This document shows, in pieces, positions 33,992 through 43,472 of a stretch of DNA of 47,908 bases. Source of the stretch: Alphaproteobacteria bacterium. GTDB lineage: Bacteria > Pseudomonadota > Alphaproteobacteria > Reyranellales > Reyranellaceae. A program made the translations under genes and the position numbers. Location of the stretch: contig JAFAZJ010000108.1 of NCBI GenBank assembly GCA_019239835.1, positions 1-47,908 on the forward strand. The letters are read 5' to 3'. Positions within the stretch are counted from its first letter, which is position 1; each line of letters opens with the position of its first letter. The notes beneath the pieces are model-generated. The model did not search any database. It worked only from the letters and a program-made list of their open reading frames with translations, and had not been told where the DNA came from.

Positions 33992-34825
33992 ATGCGTCGC
34001 AACCTGCTGCGCCAGAAGCTCAACCGCGGCGAGCCGACGCTCGGCACGCACATCCTCTCGACCTGGCCGACCCTGGTCGAGCTGATCGGCCAGAGCGGGC
34101 AATACGACTATGTCGAGTTCACCGCCGAGTACGGCCCGTTCACCATGCACGACCTCGACAATCTCGGCCGCGCGCTTGAGGTGGCGGGTATCGGCGGCAT
34201 GATGAAGGTCGAGCAGACGCAGTGGACGCACCAGACCATGCGCGCCATCGGCTCGGGGTTCCAGAGTATCCTCTTCGCCGACGTGCGCACGGTGGCCGAC
34301 GCCGAGGCCTGCGTGAAGGCGGTGCGCGCCGAGTCGCCGCGTACCCGCGGGCTGGCCGGCGTGGGTATGCGCCGCGATGTCGGCACGATCCGCGAAGGCG
34401 GCACGCCGGCCTTCGTGAAGGCGCTCGACGACGTGGTCGTGGCGCTGATGATCGAGAAGCGCCAGTGCGTCGAGGATCTCGACAACGTGCTGTCGGTGCC
34501 GGGCATCGACATGGTGCAATTCGGTCCTGCCGACTTCGGCATGAGCATCGGCGTGCCCGGGCAGTGGGGCCACCCCGATGTCGTGAAGGCCGAACGCAAG
34601 ACGATCGAGACGGCGCTGAAGAAGGGCATTCATCCCCGCGTCGAGCTGCGTGATCCGGCGCAGGCCGGGCGCTACCTCGAGATGGGTGTGAAGCATTTCT
34701 GTATCGGCTGGGACGTCACCATCCTGCACGCCTGGTGGAGCGAGAAGGGCGCCGAGATGCGCGGCCTGCTCTCTGGCAAGAAACCTGCACGGAAGACCAA
34801 GGCGAAAGGCGGCAATTACCGCTAG
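33992..34825 (+). CDS. HpcH/HpaI aldolase / citrate lyase family protein
   Basis: Start is MRRNLLRQKLNRGEPTLG, preceded by GGAAAGGGGAG. Contains IEKRQCVEDLD...PGIDMVQFGPADF. The track's ATG at 33965 lies inside the repeat arm and is rejected. Confidence 0.85.
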   Translation: MRRNLLRQKLNRGEPTLGTHILSTWPTLVELIGQSGQYDYVEFTAEYGPFTMHDLDNLGRALEVAGIGGMMKVEQTQWTHQTMRAIGSGFQSILFADVRTVADAEACVKAVRAESPRTRGLAGVGMRRDVGTIREGGTPAFVKALDDVVVALMIEKRQCVEDLDNVLSVPGIDMVQFGPADFGMSIGVPGQWGHPDVVKAERKTIETALKKGIHPRVELRDPAQAGRYLEMGVKHFCIGWDVTILHAWWSEKGAEMRGLLSGKKPARKTKAKGGNYR

Positions 34826-36181
<1,356 letters not shown>

Positions 36182-36213
36182 CGAACGAGACGTGCAACGG
36201 GGAGGATATCATC

Positions 36214-36453
36214 ATGGCTGGCTTGTCGATTGGTACGCAGATTGGCACTGTTATCGATACGTCGGACCCGTCCGGCAGCGGGCGCGTGCGGGTTCGTATC
36301 CCTATGCTGTCGCAGGAGCTTATGGCGCTCGTCTGCACACCCTTTGGCAACATAGCCGGTGCTGGGCAGCCGAAGATCGCGGACCAGGTTGTCGTGACCT
36401 TCATCAGCGGCGACGTCCAATATCCCGTCGTGATCGGCAAGGTGAAAGGCTGA
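36214..36453 (+). CDS. Stand-alone gp5/gpV (phage baseplate assembly protein V / VgrG N-terminal) OB-fold-like mini-protein, 79 aa
   Basis: GGGGAGGA precedes the ATG. The pattern G-T-V..DPSGSGRVRVRIP ... P..ADQVVVTFISGDVQYPVVIG matches my memory of the Phage_base_V/gp5 OB signature. G+C is about 60% by hand count, lower than the flanking genes. Confidence 0.55.
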   Translation: MAGLSIGTQIGTVIDTSDPSGSGRVRVRIPMLSQELMALVCTPFGNIAGAGQPKIADQVVVTFISGDVQYPVVIGKVKG

Positions 36454-36465
36454 GCAGCTTCCAGC

Positions 36466-37662
36466 TCAAGGACCGCGGCGCAGCTCGAACGTGATGCGCC
36501 GGCCACCCTTGTCGAAGGTACCGGCGAGCGTCAACTGATCGCCGCTGACCGTGCCGGTGAGCTGCGCCGTGTTGGTGCGGCCCGAGCTGTTGTCCTGCGT
36601 GTCCATCTGGCCGGTGACGCGGCCGTCGCCGTCGACGGTGCCGTGGAAGCGGCCATTGCCCGCGTTGCCGCCCCAGCCTCCGGTGGCGACACCGCGATTG
36701 ATCGACACGCGCACGGCCGGTACGCAGCGCGGTGTGGTTTCCTGCTGTGAGCCGGTGGTGCACATGCGGCCGTTGAAGACGCCATCGAACTTGGTCACCA
36801 CCTCAGTCGGCGGCCTCGGCGTGGTCACGGCAGCCGGCGGCGGAGCCTGGGGCACTGTCCCGGCCTGTCGTGCGGCCGCGGCGTCGCGTGCTGCCTTGCG
36901 TTTGGCTTCCTCGGCCGCCAGTCGTTCGACCTCTGCCTTGATCCGATCCTGCTCGGCCTTCTGACGTTCGGCTTCGACGCGCGAGGTCTCGCGCTCGCCC
37001 TGCCACCAATAAAACCCGGCACCACCCAGCCCCAGCACCAGTGCTGCCGCAACAACCCAGGGCCAGCGGGCGCGCAAAGGTCCGGCGGAAGGTGCGGTTG
37101 GCTCGGAGCGCGGCAGAGGCCTCTCGCCGGCCTGTACGATGGTGAAGGTGCGGATAGCGCGGCCGAGATTCTTGAATTCGCGTGCACCCAGTTCCTGGAA
37201 GCCAAGGTTCAGCTTGCCGGTGATCTGGTCGTGGACGCTGCCCGACAAGCTGATGCCGCCCACCGGCGCCGCGGTCTGGATGCGGGCCGCGACGTTGACG
37301 CCATCGCCCAGCAGGTCCTCGCCGTGCACCAGCACGTCGCCGAGATTGATGCCGATGCGAAAGCGCATGCGGTCGTCCTCGGGCAGCGAGGTGTTGCGGC
37401 TCTCGACCGCCTGCTGAATCTCGGTCGCCGCGCGCACAGCCTCGACGGGGCTGGCGAACTCGCACAGGATGCTGTCGCCGCCGGTGTTGAAGATTCGCCC
37501 GCCATGCAAGCCGCTGACCGAGGCGAAGATCTCGCGATGGGCGCGGAGCAGGCGCAGCGCAAGCTCCTCGTCGCGTGCCATGTAGCGGCTGTAGCCGGCG
37601 ACATCGGCGCACAGGATCGTCGTCAGCTTGCGCTGCGCTGTGTCGGCACTCTCGACGGACAA
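36466..37662 (-). CDS. Class III adenylate/guanylate cyclase domain protein: N-terminal cyclase, one TM helix, coiled coil, and a C-terminal extracytoplasmic domain
   Basis: Contains ILCADVAGYS (metal Asp 1), GGDSILCEF (metal Asp 2) and GDGVNVAARI (Asn/Arg). The TM helix is WPWVVAAALVLGLGGAGFYWW. It is followed by an E/R/K/A coiled coil, a Pro-rich linker and a ~110-aa Gly/Thr-rich domain with 2 Cys. Confidence 0.85.
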   Translation of the reverse strand: MSVESADTAQRKLTTILCADVAGYSRYMARDEELALRLLRAHREIFASVSGLHGGRIFNTGGDSILCEFASPVEAVRAATEIQQAVESRNTSLPEDDRMRFRIGINLGDVLVHGEDLLGDGVNVAARIQTAAPVGGISLSGSVHDQITGKLNLGFQELGAREFKNLGRAIRTFTIVQAGERPLPRSEPTAPSAGPLRARWPWVVAAALVLGLGGAGFYWWQGERETSRVEAERQKAEQDRIKAEVERLAAEEAKRKAARDAAAARQAGTVPQAPPPAAVTTPRPPTEVVTKFDGVFNGRMCTTGSQQETTPRCVPAVRVSINRGVATGGWGGNAGNGRFHGTVDGDGRVTGQMDTQDNSSGRTNTAQLTGTVSGDQLTLAGTFDKGGRRITFELRRGP

Positions 37663-37704
37663 GGTCGGCCCCCGATCGGACGACCCAGCATAGCACGCCA
37701 GTGA

Positions 37705-39021
37705 CTACTTCGGCTTTACCGTGATGGTCGGGATCGTCGTCACCTTGCCGCTGGCGACGCGCACGAACTCCGAGGTGATGCCGATGCTGCCGGTGATCAG
37801 CACCCACTTGCCGGCCTCGCGCTCGACGACGATCGAGTAGTCGCCCGGCGGCACCTTCTCGACGCTGAACGCGCCGTCCTTTGCGGTGCGCGTGGAGAAG
37901 GTCAGCGGCGCCTGGGTCGAGCACGGCGTATCGCCGGAGCGGAAGGTGGTGAAGCGGCTCAGGCGCACGTTGCAGAACTCGACGCGCACGTCGTCGAGCC
38001 CGGCGTTGTTGTCGCCCTCGAGCTTGCCCTTGATGCCGCCGGTCGGCTTGTCCTGCGGCGGTGGCAACGTCGCGGGCCCGGCGCCAGCCATCACCACGGT
38101 GCGCATGTCGTCGAACGGCACGTCGGAATTCGCGATGCGCCAGAACTTGCCGACGTTGTTCTCGACCACGCCCAGGCCCCAGCTGGTCGCCATCCACAGC
38201 CGTCCCCTGCCGTCGAAGGCGAGGTCGCGCGGCTTGATCTGCGGTTCCATGCCGCCGATCAGCGCCTTCTGCCAGGTGCCGCCGGAGAAGATGCGCAGGC
38301 CATCGATCACCGCGATCCAGGCCTTGCCGTCCTTGTCGACGGCGATGCCGGCGGGACCGGTCAGGCTCTCCTTGTGCGAGGTCCAGGCCGTGCCGTCATG
38401 CACGGACAGCCCGCCGCTGTGCACCAGCCAGATGCGGCCATCCTTGTCGACGGTGGCGTCGCTGAAACGAACGTGCTCGCTGGGCAGCGGTGGCGCCTCA
38501 CCGAGCGGTTTCCATTCGCCACCCTCGTAACGCGCCAGGTTGCGACCGAGCACCACCCATACCGAGCCGTTGGGCTTGGTGACGAAGCGCTTCACGCCAT
38601 CGAGGATGCCGTTGGCGACGTTGAGGGTGGAGTAGGGCGTGTCGCTCCACTGGCCGCCCTCGAACTTCGCGATGCCGTCCTTGTGGCCGATGAAGATCGC
38701 GCCCTTGGGATCGCAGCCCAGCGCGGTCATCGCCAGCTTGCCGTGACGGGCCGTCTTGGCCCAGTTGCCGCCACCCTCGCGGAACGCCACCTCGCTGCTG
38801 CTGGCGACCACCAGGCGCGAACCGCAGATCGCGACGTGGCGGATGAAGGTGAACGGCGCCTTGTCCTTGCCGTCGAGGCTGACGAAGTTGCCGCCGTCGA
38901 CGCAGAAGGGCGCGGCCGAGCCGCTGCCGGGAATCACGCAGGCCGTATCGTTGGCCTTGGCCGTGCCCGCCATGGCGCAGAACGCAAAAGCCGTGGCCGC
39001 GATCGCAGCACGCAGGATCAT
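37705..39021 (-). CDS. Secreted beta-propeller protein (two-component-regulator-propeller-like repeats) with a C-terminal CarboxypepD_reg-like beta-sandwich
   Basis: The signal peptide is MILRAAIAATAFAFCAMAGTAKA. Repeated blades follow the pattern D..G.(I/V)W(I/V)....GL....GG.W (at least 5 copies). The C-terminus reads DGAFSVEKVPPGDYSIVV. GGAG lies 8 nt upstream of ATG 39021, and GTG 39030 is an alternative start. Confidence 0.7.
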   Translation of the reverse strand: MILRAAIAATAFAFCAMAGTAKANDTACVIPGSGSAAPFCVDGGNFVSLDGKDKAPFTFIRHVAICGSRLVVASSSEVAFREGGGNWAKTARHGKLAMTALGCDPKGAIFIGHKDGIAKFEGGQWSDTPYSTLNVANGILDGVKRFVTKPNGSVWVVLGRNLARYEGGEWKPLGEAPPLPSEHVRFSDATVDKDGRIWLVHSGGLSVHDGTAWTSHKESLTGPAGIAVDKDGKAWIAVIDGLRIFSGGTWQKALIGGMEPQIKPRDLAFDGRGRLWMATSWGLGVVENNVGKFWRIANSDVPFDDMRTVVMAGAGPATLPPPQDKPTGGIKGKLEGDNNAGLDDVRVEFCNVRLSRFTTFRSGDTPCSTQAPLTFSTRTAKDGAFSVEKVPPGDYSIVVEREAGKWVLITGSIGITSEFVRVASGKVTTIPTITVKPK

Positions 39022-39039
39022 GTCTGTCACTCCAGCGGA

Positions 39040-40857
39040 TCAGGCGTCGGTCTTGACCTTGACGTAGCTGCCGGGTGCGTCCTCGATCGCCTTCAGACCA
39101 CCGCCGCCGGGTACGCGTGCGGGAACCTTGGGACCGGATTGCGCCGACAGCCAGCGATCCCAGTCCGGCCACCACGAGCCCGGCGTCTCGGTCGCGCCGG
39201 CGCGCCATTCCTCGAGCGTCGCCGGGTAATTCGTCGTCGCCGCCTCGTTGATCCAGTACTGGTACTTCTTGGCACGCGGTGGATTGACCACGCCGGCGAT
39301 GTGGCCGGAGCCCGCCAACATGAAGCGCAGCGGGCCGGAGAAGATCTTGGTGAGCTTGTAGACCGATGGCGCTGGCGCGATGTGGTCTTCCTTGCCGGCC
39401 TGGATGTAGCAGGGCACCGCGACCTTGCGCAGATCGATCGGCACGCCCGCGAGCGTGACGCCGCCCTGCTGCACCAGCAGGTTCTTGAGATACATATTGC
39501 GCAGATAATAACTGTGCATCGACGCCGGCAGGCGCGTGGCGTCGCTGTTCCAGAACAGCAGGTCGAACGGCATCGGCTCCTTGCCGAGCAGATAATTGTT
39601 CACGACGAATGACCAGATCAGGTCATTGCTGCGCAGCATATTGAACGTCGTCGCCATCTCGGCGCCGTCCATATAGCCACGCTGCTCGATCATTTTCTCG
39701 ATGTTGGAGATCTGTTCCTCGTCGATGAAGACAGTCAGCTCGCCGGCGTCGGTGAAGTCGACTTGCGCGGTGAAGAACGTACAGTTCTGGATGCGCTTGT
39801 CGTTCTTTGCTGCGCAATAAGCCAGGGTCGCGGACATCAAGGTGCCGCCGATGCAGTAGCCGATGGTCGAGACTTCGCGCACACCGATTGCTTGTTCGAT
39901 GGCGCCCAGTGCGGCGAGCGGGCCTTCGAGCATGTAGTCCTCGAAGCTCTTGCTGCGCAGGCGCGCGTCGGGATTGACCCAGGAGATCACGAACACCGTG
40001 TAGCCCTGGTCGACAGCCCACTTGATGAACGAGTTCTCGGGCTTCAGGTCGAGGATGTAGAACTTGTTGATCCACGGCGGCACGATCAGCAGCGGCCGCT
40101 CGTAGACCTCCGGCGTCGACGGCGCGTACTGCAGCAGCTGCATCATCTCGTTCTGGAACACCACCTTGCCGGGTGAGGTGGCGACGTTGCGGCCGACCTC
40201 GAAGCCGTCCATGTCGGTCTGGCGGATCGCCAGCCGGCCGTTGCCACGCTGCAGATCCTCGAGCACGTTGCGCAAACCCTTCACCAGGTTCTCGCCGCCG
40301 CTCTCCATCGTCGCCTTGAGCACCTGCGGGTTGGTGGCGACGAAGTTCGTGGGCGCCATGGCGTCGACGAACTGCTTCACGTGGAACTCGACCTTCTTGC
40401 GCGCGTGCTCGTCGAGACCGGTGGCCGCCTTGGGCAGGCCCATCATCCAGCGCGAGGCCAGCAGGTAGGATTGCTTGACGTGGTCGAAGATCGCCTCGTC
40501 GCGCCAGGCCGCGTCGTTGAAGCGCTTGTCGCCCTTGGGCGTCTCGATCACCGGCTCGGCGGGCTTGCCCATCATGCGGTCGGCCGTGGCCTGCCACAGC
40601 TTGGCGTAGTCCTGCCACAGCGCCATCTGCGCCTGCACCAGCTTCTCCGGATCGGCCATCAGCTTGGCGGTGAAGTCGAGGAAGGTGCCGGTGAGGTTCA
40701 GCGGATCGAGCGACTGCGCGTCAGGTGGTTGCTGGCCCTTTTGTCGTTCGGCGAAATCGCGCAGCACGTCCTGGCTGCGCTGGGCGATGTCCTGCCACAG
40801 CGCCTGCATGGCGGCGGCATCCGGTGCCTTGAACTGCGGCGACTGTGGATCGGCCAT
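39040..40857 (-). CDS. phaC: Class I poly(R)-hydroxyalkanoate synthase
   Basis: 605 aa. Contains the lipase-box-like GYCIGGT (active Cys), PLLIVPPWINKFYILDL and DHIAP. Confidence 0.95.
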   Translation of the reverse strand: MADPQSPQFKAPDAAAMQALWQDIAQRSQDVLRDFAERQKGQQPPDAQSLDPLNLTGTFLDFTAKLMADPEKLVQAQMALWQDYAKLWQATADRMMGKPAEPVIETPKGDKRFNDAAWRDEAIFDHVKQSYLLASRWMMGLPKAATGLDEHARKKVEFHVKQFVDAMAPTNFVATNPQVLKATMESGGENLVKGLRNVLEDLQRGNGRLAIRQTDMDGFEVGRNVATSPGKVVFQNEMMQLLQYAPSTPEVYERPLLIVPPWINKFYILDLKPENSFIKWAVDQGYTVFVISWVNPDARLRSKSFEDYMLEGPLAALGAIEQAIGVREVSTIGYCIGGTLMSATLAYCAAKNDKRIQNCTFFTAQVDFTDAGELTVFIDEEQISNIEKMIEQRGYMDGAEMATTFNMLRSNDLIWSFVVNNYLLGKEPMPFDLLFWNSDATRLPASMHSYYLRNMYLKNLLVQQGGVTLAGVPIDLRKVAVPCYIQAGKEDHIAPAPSVYKLTKIFSGPLRFMLAGSGHIAGVVNPPRAKKYQYWINEAATTNYPATLEEWRAGATETPGSWWPDWDRWLSAQSGPKVPARVPGGGGLKAIEDAPGSYVKVKTDA

Positions 40858-41051
40858 GGGGTTCCTCCAACGAACCTTTTTCCTTGCAGTTCATTGCCTT
40901 ACGCGACGCCATTTGCGATAGTATGGCAATAACCGGCGCGCTGCCCACGCAAGCCTTCAAGCTGGCGCGGGAAAGGCGACCACCTTAATGAACCGCCTCG
41001 CGCGGCGTCAATTTGGGTGCCGGATGGGGTAACGATGCGGATGACGTCGGC

Positions 41052-43376
41052 ATGCTGAAGTCGGGTGGAGCTTCCAAAGCGATGTTGCTGGCGCTTCTCG
41101 CCACCACCGCCCTGATCAGCTGCGACGAAAACGGTCTGCCGACTCCGCCGCCGGGCGCGACCCAAGGCACGCTTCCCGCCGACAAGCGCGTACCCACAGG
41201 CGGCATCGCCGTCGACCGCAGCAAGTCGCGCTACGACGACTCCGTCATCGCTGCCGACGAGACGCGCGGCGCGCAGGTCGGCGCGGTCGTGGCGGCGAGG
41301 CCGCCGGAGTCCGCGCCGACAACTGCTTCTGCACCGCCGCCGCCGCCGTCGACGCCATCACCTGCGCCAGTCGCCTCGGCACCGCCACCACCGCCGCCTG
41401 AACCGTCACCTGCTGTTGCATCGGCACCGCCGCCTCCGCCGCCGGCCGCGGCACCAGCTCCCGCGCCAGCGCCGGCAGTCGCCGCCGCGCCGCCGCCGCC
41501 GTCTACGCCGACTCCGAGCAAGCCGGGCACGACAGCCGACGATCTCAATCGCCGCTTCCTCACCGAGCTGAGCCGCGGCGGACAAGCACCGGCGGCGCCA
41601 GTCTCGACGGCGTCACCGCCGCCTGCGCCAGCCCCCGCGGTTGCATCAGCGCCGCCGCCACCGGCACCCGTGACCTCTGCGCCGCCGCCGCCGCCTGAAC
41701 CAGCACCCGCTGTCGCGTCCGCACCGCCGCCACCGGCTCCAGCTCCTGCTCCCATGCCGGCGCCTGCAGTCGCCTCTGCACCGCCGCCGTCGCCAGCACC
41801 AGTGGCATCGGCGCCGCCACCGATGCCTGCGCCGACTCCGAGCAAGCCAGGCACGACAGCTGACGACCTCAACCGTCGCTTCCTCGCCAAGATCGATGCC
41901 GACCGCGCCGGGCAACCGGCGCCTGCACCGGCTCCCTCTGTCGCATCCGCGCCGCCGCCACCTGCGCCCGCGCCAGCACCCGCTATCGCCTCCGCGCCAC
42001 CACCACCACCTGCGCCCGCGCCGGCTGTAGCGTCGGCACCGCCACCTCCGCCACCCGCTGCAGCGCCGGCGCCTGCGGTTGCCAGCGCTCCACCGCCGCC
42101 GCCGTCGGTGCCTGTGGTATCGGCGCCGCCGTCGACCGGCCCGGCTCCCAGCAAGCCAGGCACGACGGCCGACGATCTCAACCGCCGTTTCCTCGCCCAG
42201 ATCAAGGGCGACAGCGCCAATCCAGCGGCGCCTGCGCCGGTTGCATCGCCTGCGCCCGCGCCGGCGCCTGCTGTTGCCTCCGCGCCGCCACCGGCACCGC
42301 CACCACCGGCGCCTGCTGTTGCCTCTGCGCCGCCGCCACCACCTCCGGCGCCAGCACCTGCTGTTGCATCGGCACCGCCATCTCCGCCGCCTGCGGCGGC
42401 TCCAGCTCCAGCGCCTACGGTCGCCAGCGCTCCACCCCCGCCACCGCCGGTACCTGTGGTATCGCCGACGTCGACCGGTCCGGCTCCCAGCAAGCCAGGC
42501 ACGACGGCCGACGATCTCAACCGCCGCTTCCTCGCTCAGCTCAAGGGCGACAGCGCTAATCCAGTGGCGCCTGCGCCTGCGCCGGCACCTGCTGTTGCAT
42601 CCGCGCCTCCGCCTGAGCCAATTCCGGGGCCGACTCCGGTCCGCACACCCGCGCCTGCAGTCGCCAGCGCGCCGCCGGCGCCGGTACCGATGGCACCTCC
42701 GACACCTGCGCCAGCACCTGCTGTCGCGTCCGCGGCGCCCCCGCCATCGCCACCAGTTCCGACGCCAGCTCCGGTGCGTTCTGCCGCGCCCGCAGTGACC
42801 AGTGCACCGGCACCAGTCCCGGTCCCGCCACCTGCGCCCGCGCCGGCACCTGCTGTCACGTCTGCACCGATGCCTGCGCCGGCACCCGCACCTGTCGCTA
42901 CGTCAGCGCCACCGTCACCGCCGCCGCCGGTACCTGCACCAGCCGTTGTGGCCGCGCCGCCGCCGGCCGGCCCGATTCCGGGGGTGCTGCCCAGCATACC
43001 GCCGACGGCGTATACTGGCGGTCCGCTGCAGATCGCGGTGATCCAGTTCAATCAGGGCTCGTCGGGGCTGGATGGCGAGGATCTCGCCGTGATCCACGAC
43101 GTCGCGCAAATCCACAGGCGCAACGGCGGCACGGTGCTGGTCTATGCCCATGCCATGCAGGACGTGTATGGCGCCAGCGTGCAGCGCCTGAAGACCGGGA
43201 ACCTCGACGTTTCGATCAGGCGCGGCACCGCCATCGTCAATGCGCTGATCCGCGCCGGCGTGCCCAAGGACGCGATCATCATGGAAGCGCTCAGCGACGA
43301 GGAGCCGATCTACACCACGGCCACCGCGCGGGGCGTCGCCGCGAACCGGCGAGCCGAGATCTTCTTCGACTTCTGA
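41052..43376 (+). CDS. Pro/Ala-rich repeat lipoprotein with a C-terminal OmpA-like peptidoglycan-binding domain
   Basis: The lipoprotein signal is MLKSGGASKAMLLALLATTALISC. About 600 aa consist of APAPAVASAPPPP-type repeats punctuated by four SKPGTTADDLNRRFL motifs. The C-terminus (VYAHA...RR...V...LI..GVP...I......G...P.......GVAANRRAEIFF) is OmpA_C-like. Confidence 0.8.
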   Translation: MLKSGGASKAMLLALLATTALISCDENGLPTPPPGATQGTLPADKRVPTGGIAVDRSKSRYDDSVIAADETRGAQVGAVVAARPPESAPTTASAPPPPPSTPSPAPVASAPPPPPPEPSPAVASAPPPPPPAAAPAPAPAPAVAAAPPPPSTPTPSKPGTTADDLNRRFLTELSRGGQAPAAPVSTASPPPAPAPAVASAPPPPAPVTSAPPPPPEPAPAVASAPPPPAPAPAPMPAPAVASAPPPSPAPVASAPPPMPAPTPSKPGTTADDLNRRFLAKIDADRAGQPAPAPAPSVASAPPPPAPAPAPAIASAPPPPPAPAPAVASAPPPPPPAAAPAPAVASAPPPPPSVPVVSAPPSTGPAPSKPGTTADDLNRRFLAQIKGDSANPAAPAPVASPAPAPAPAVASAPPPAPPPPAPAVASAPPPPPPAPAPAVASAPPSPPPAAAPAPAPTVASAPPPPPPVPVVSPTSTGPAPSKPGTTADDLNRRFLAQLKGDSANPVAPAPAPAPAVASAPPPEPIPGPTPVRTPAPAVASAPPAPVPMAPPTPAPAPAVASAAPPPSPPVPTPAPVRSAAPAVTSAPAPVPVPPPAPAPAPAVTSAPMPAPAPAPVATSAPPSPPPPVPAPAVVAAPPPAGPIPGVLPSIPPTAYTGGPLQIAVIQFNQGSSGLDGEDLAVIHDVAQIHRRNGGTVLVYAHAMQDVYGASVQRLKTGNLDVSIRRGTAIVNALIRAGVPKDAIIMEALSDEEPIYTTATARGVAANRRAEIFFDF
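41290..42960 (+). repeat. In-frame coding tandem repeat region. Long units of 324, 309 and 339 bp are marked by AGCAAGCC(G/A)GGCACGAC at 41517, 41841, 42150 and 42489, with many short GCNCCNCCNCC repeats.
   Basis: The direct repeats are visible at the nucleotide level, and all spacings are multiples of 3. Confidence 0.85.
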
Positions 43377-43407
43377 CCGTCGGCCGGCGATACCAACAAG
43401 CGTAATG

Positions 43408-43435
43408 TCCGGCCCCCAAGCGGGCCGGATTTGCT
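43408..43435 (+). terminator. Probable terminator after the OmpA-domain gene
   Basis: TCCGGCCC-CCAAGC-GGGCCGGA is followed by TTTGCT, a short T-tract. Confidence 0.45.
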
Positions 43436-43472
43436 ATCAACCCCTCCAAGAAGCCTGACCCCGAGACCCGCC

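Noticed and set aside
36182-39030. Reading the gp5-like mini-protein plus the cyclase as a prophage remnant or a cyclic-nucleotide defence system (Pycsar/CBASS-like)
   Set aside because: There are no other phage, tail or baseplate genes nearby. There is no cNMP-binding, TIR, patatin or other effector gene, and no CD-NTase. The cyclase is a conventional class III signalling type. The gp5-like gene is convergent to the cyclase, not co-transcribed with it.
40858-41051. PhaR-type operator or promoter motifs in the phaC / OmpA-lipoprotein divergent region
   Set aside because: I saw only loose TTGC-containing half-sites (TTGCCTTACGCGACGCCATTTGCGATAGTATGGCAA). I cannot match them to a defined consensus without a search.
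41231-42520. A 429-aa Gly/Ala-rich minus-strand ORF. It could be read as a glycine-rich repeat protein.
   Set aside because: It is the reverse-complement image of the Pro/Ala repeats (GGN codons mirror NCC). The plus-strand frame has a lipoprotein signal at one end and an OmpA-like domain at the other. The minus ORF has neither a start context nor any domains.
41290-42960. Repetitive DNA that might be taken for a CRISPR array or a non-coding tandem repeat
   Set aside because: The repeats are in frame within one long ORF, and the units are multiples of 3. There is no repeat-spacer architecture and there are no cas genes.
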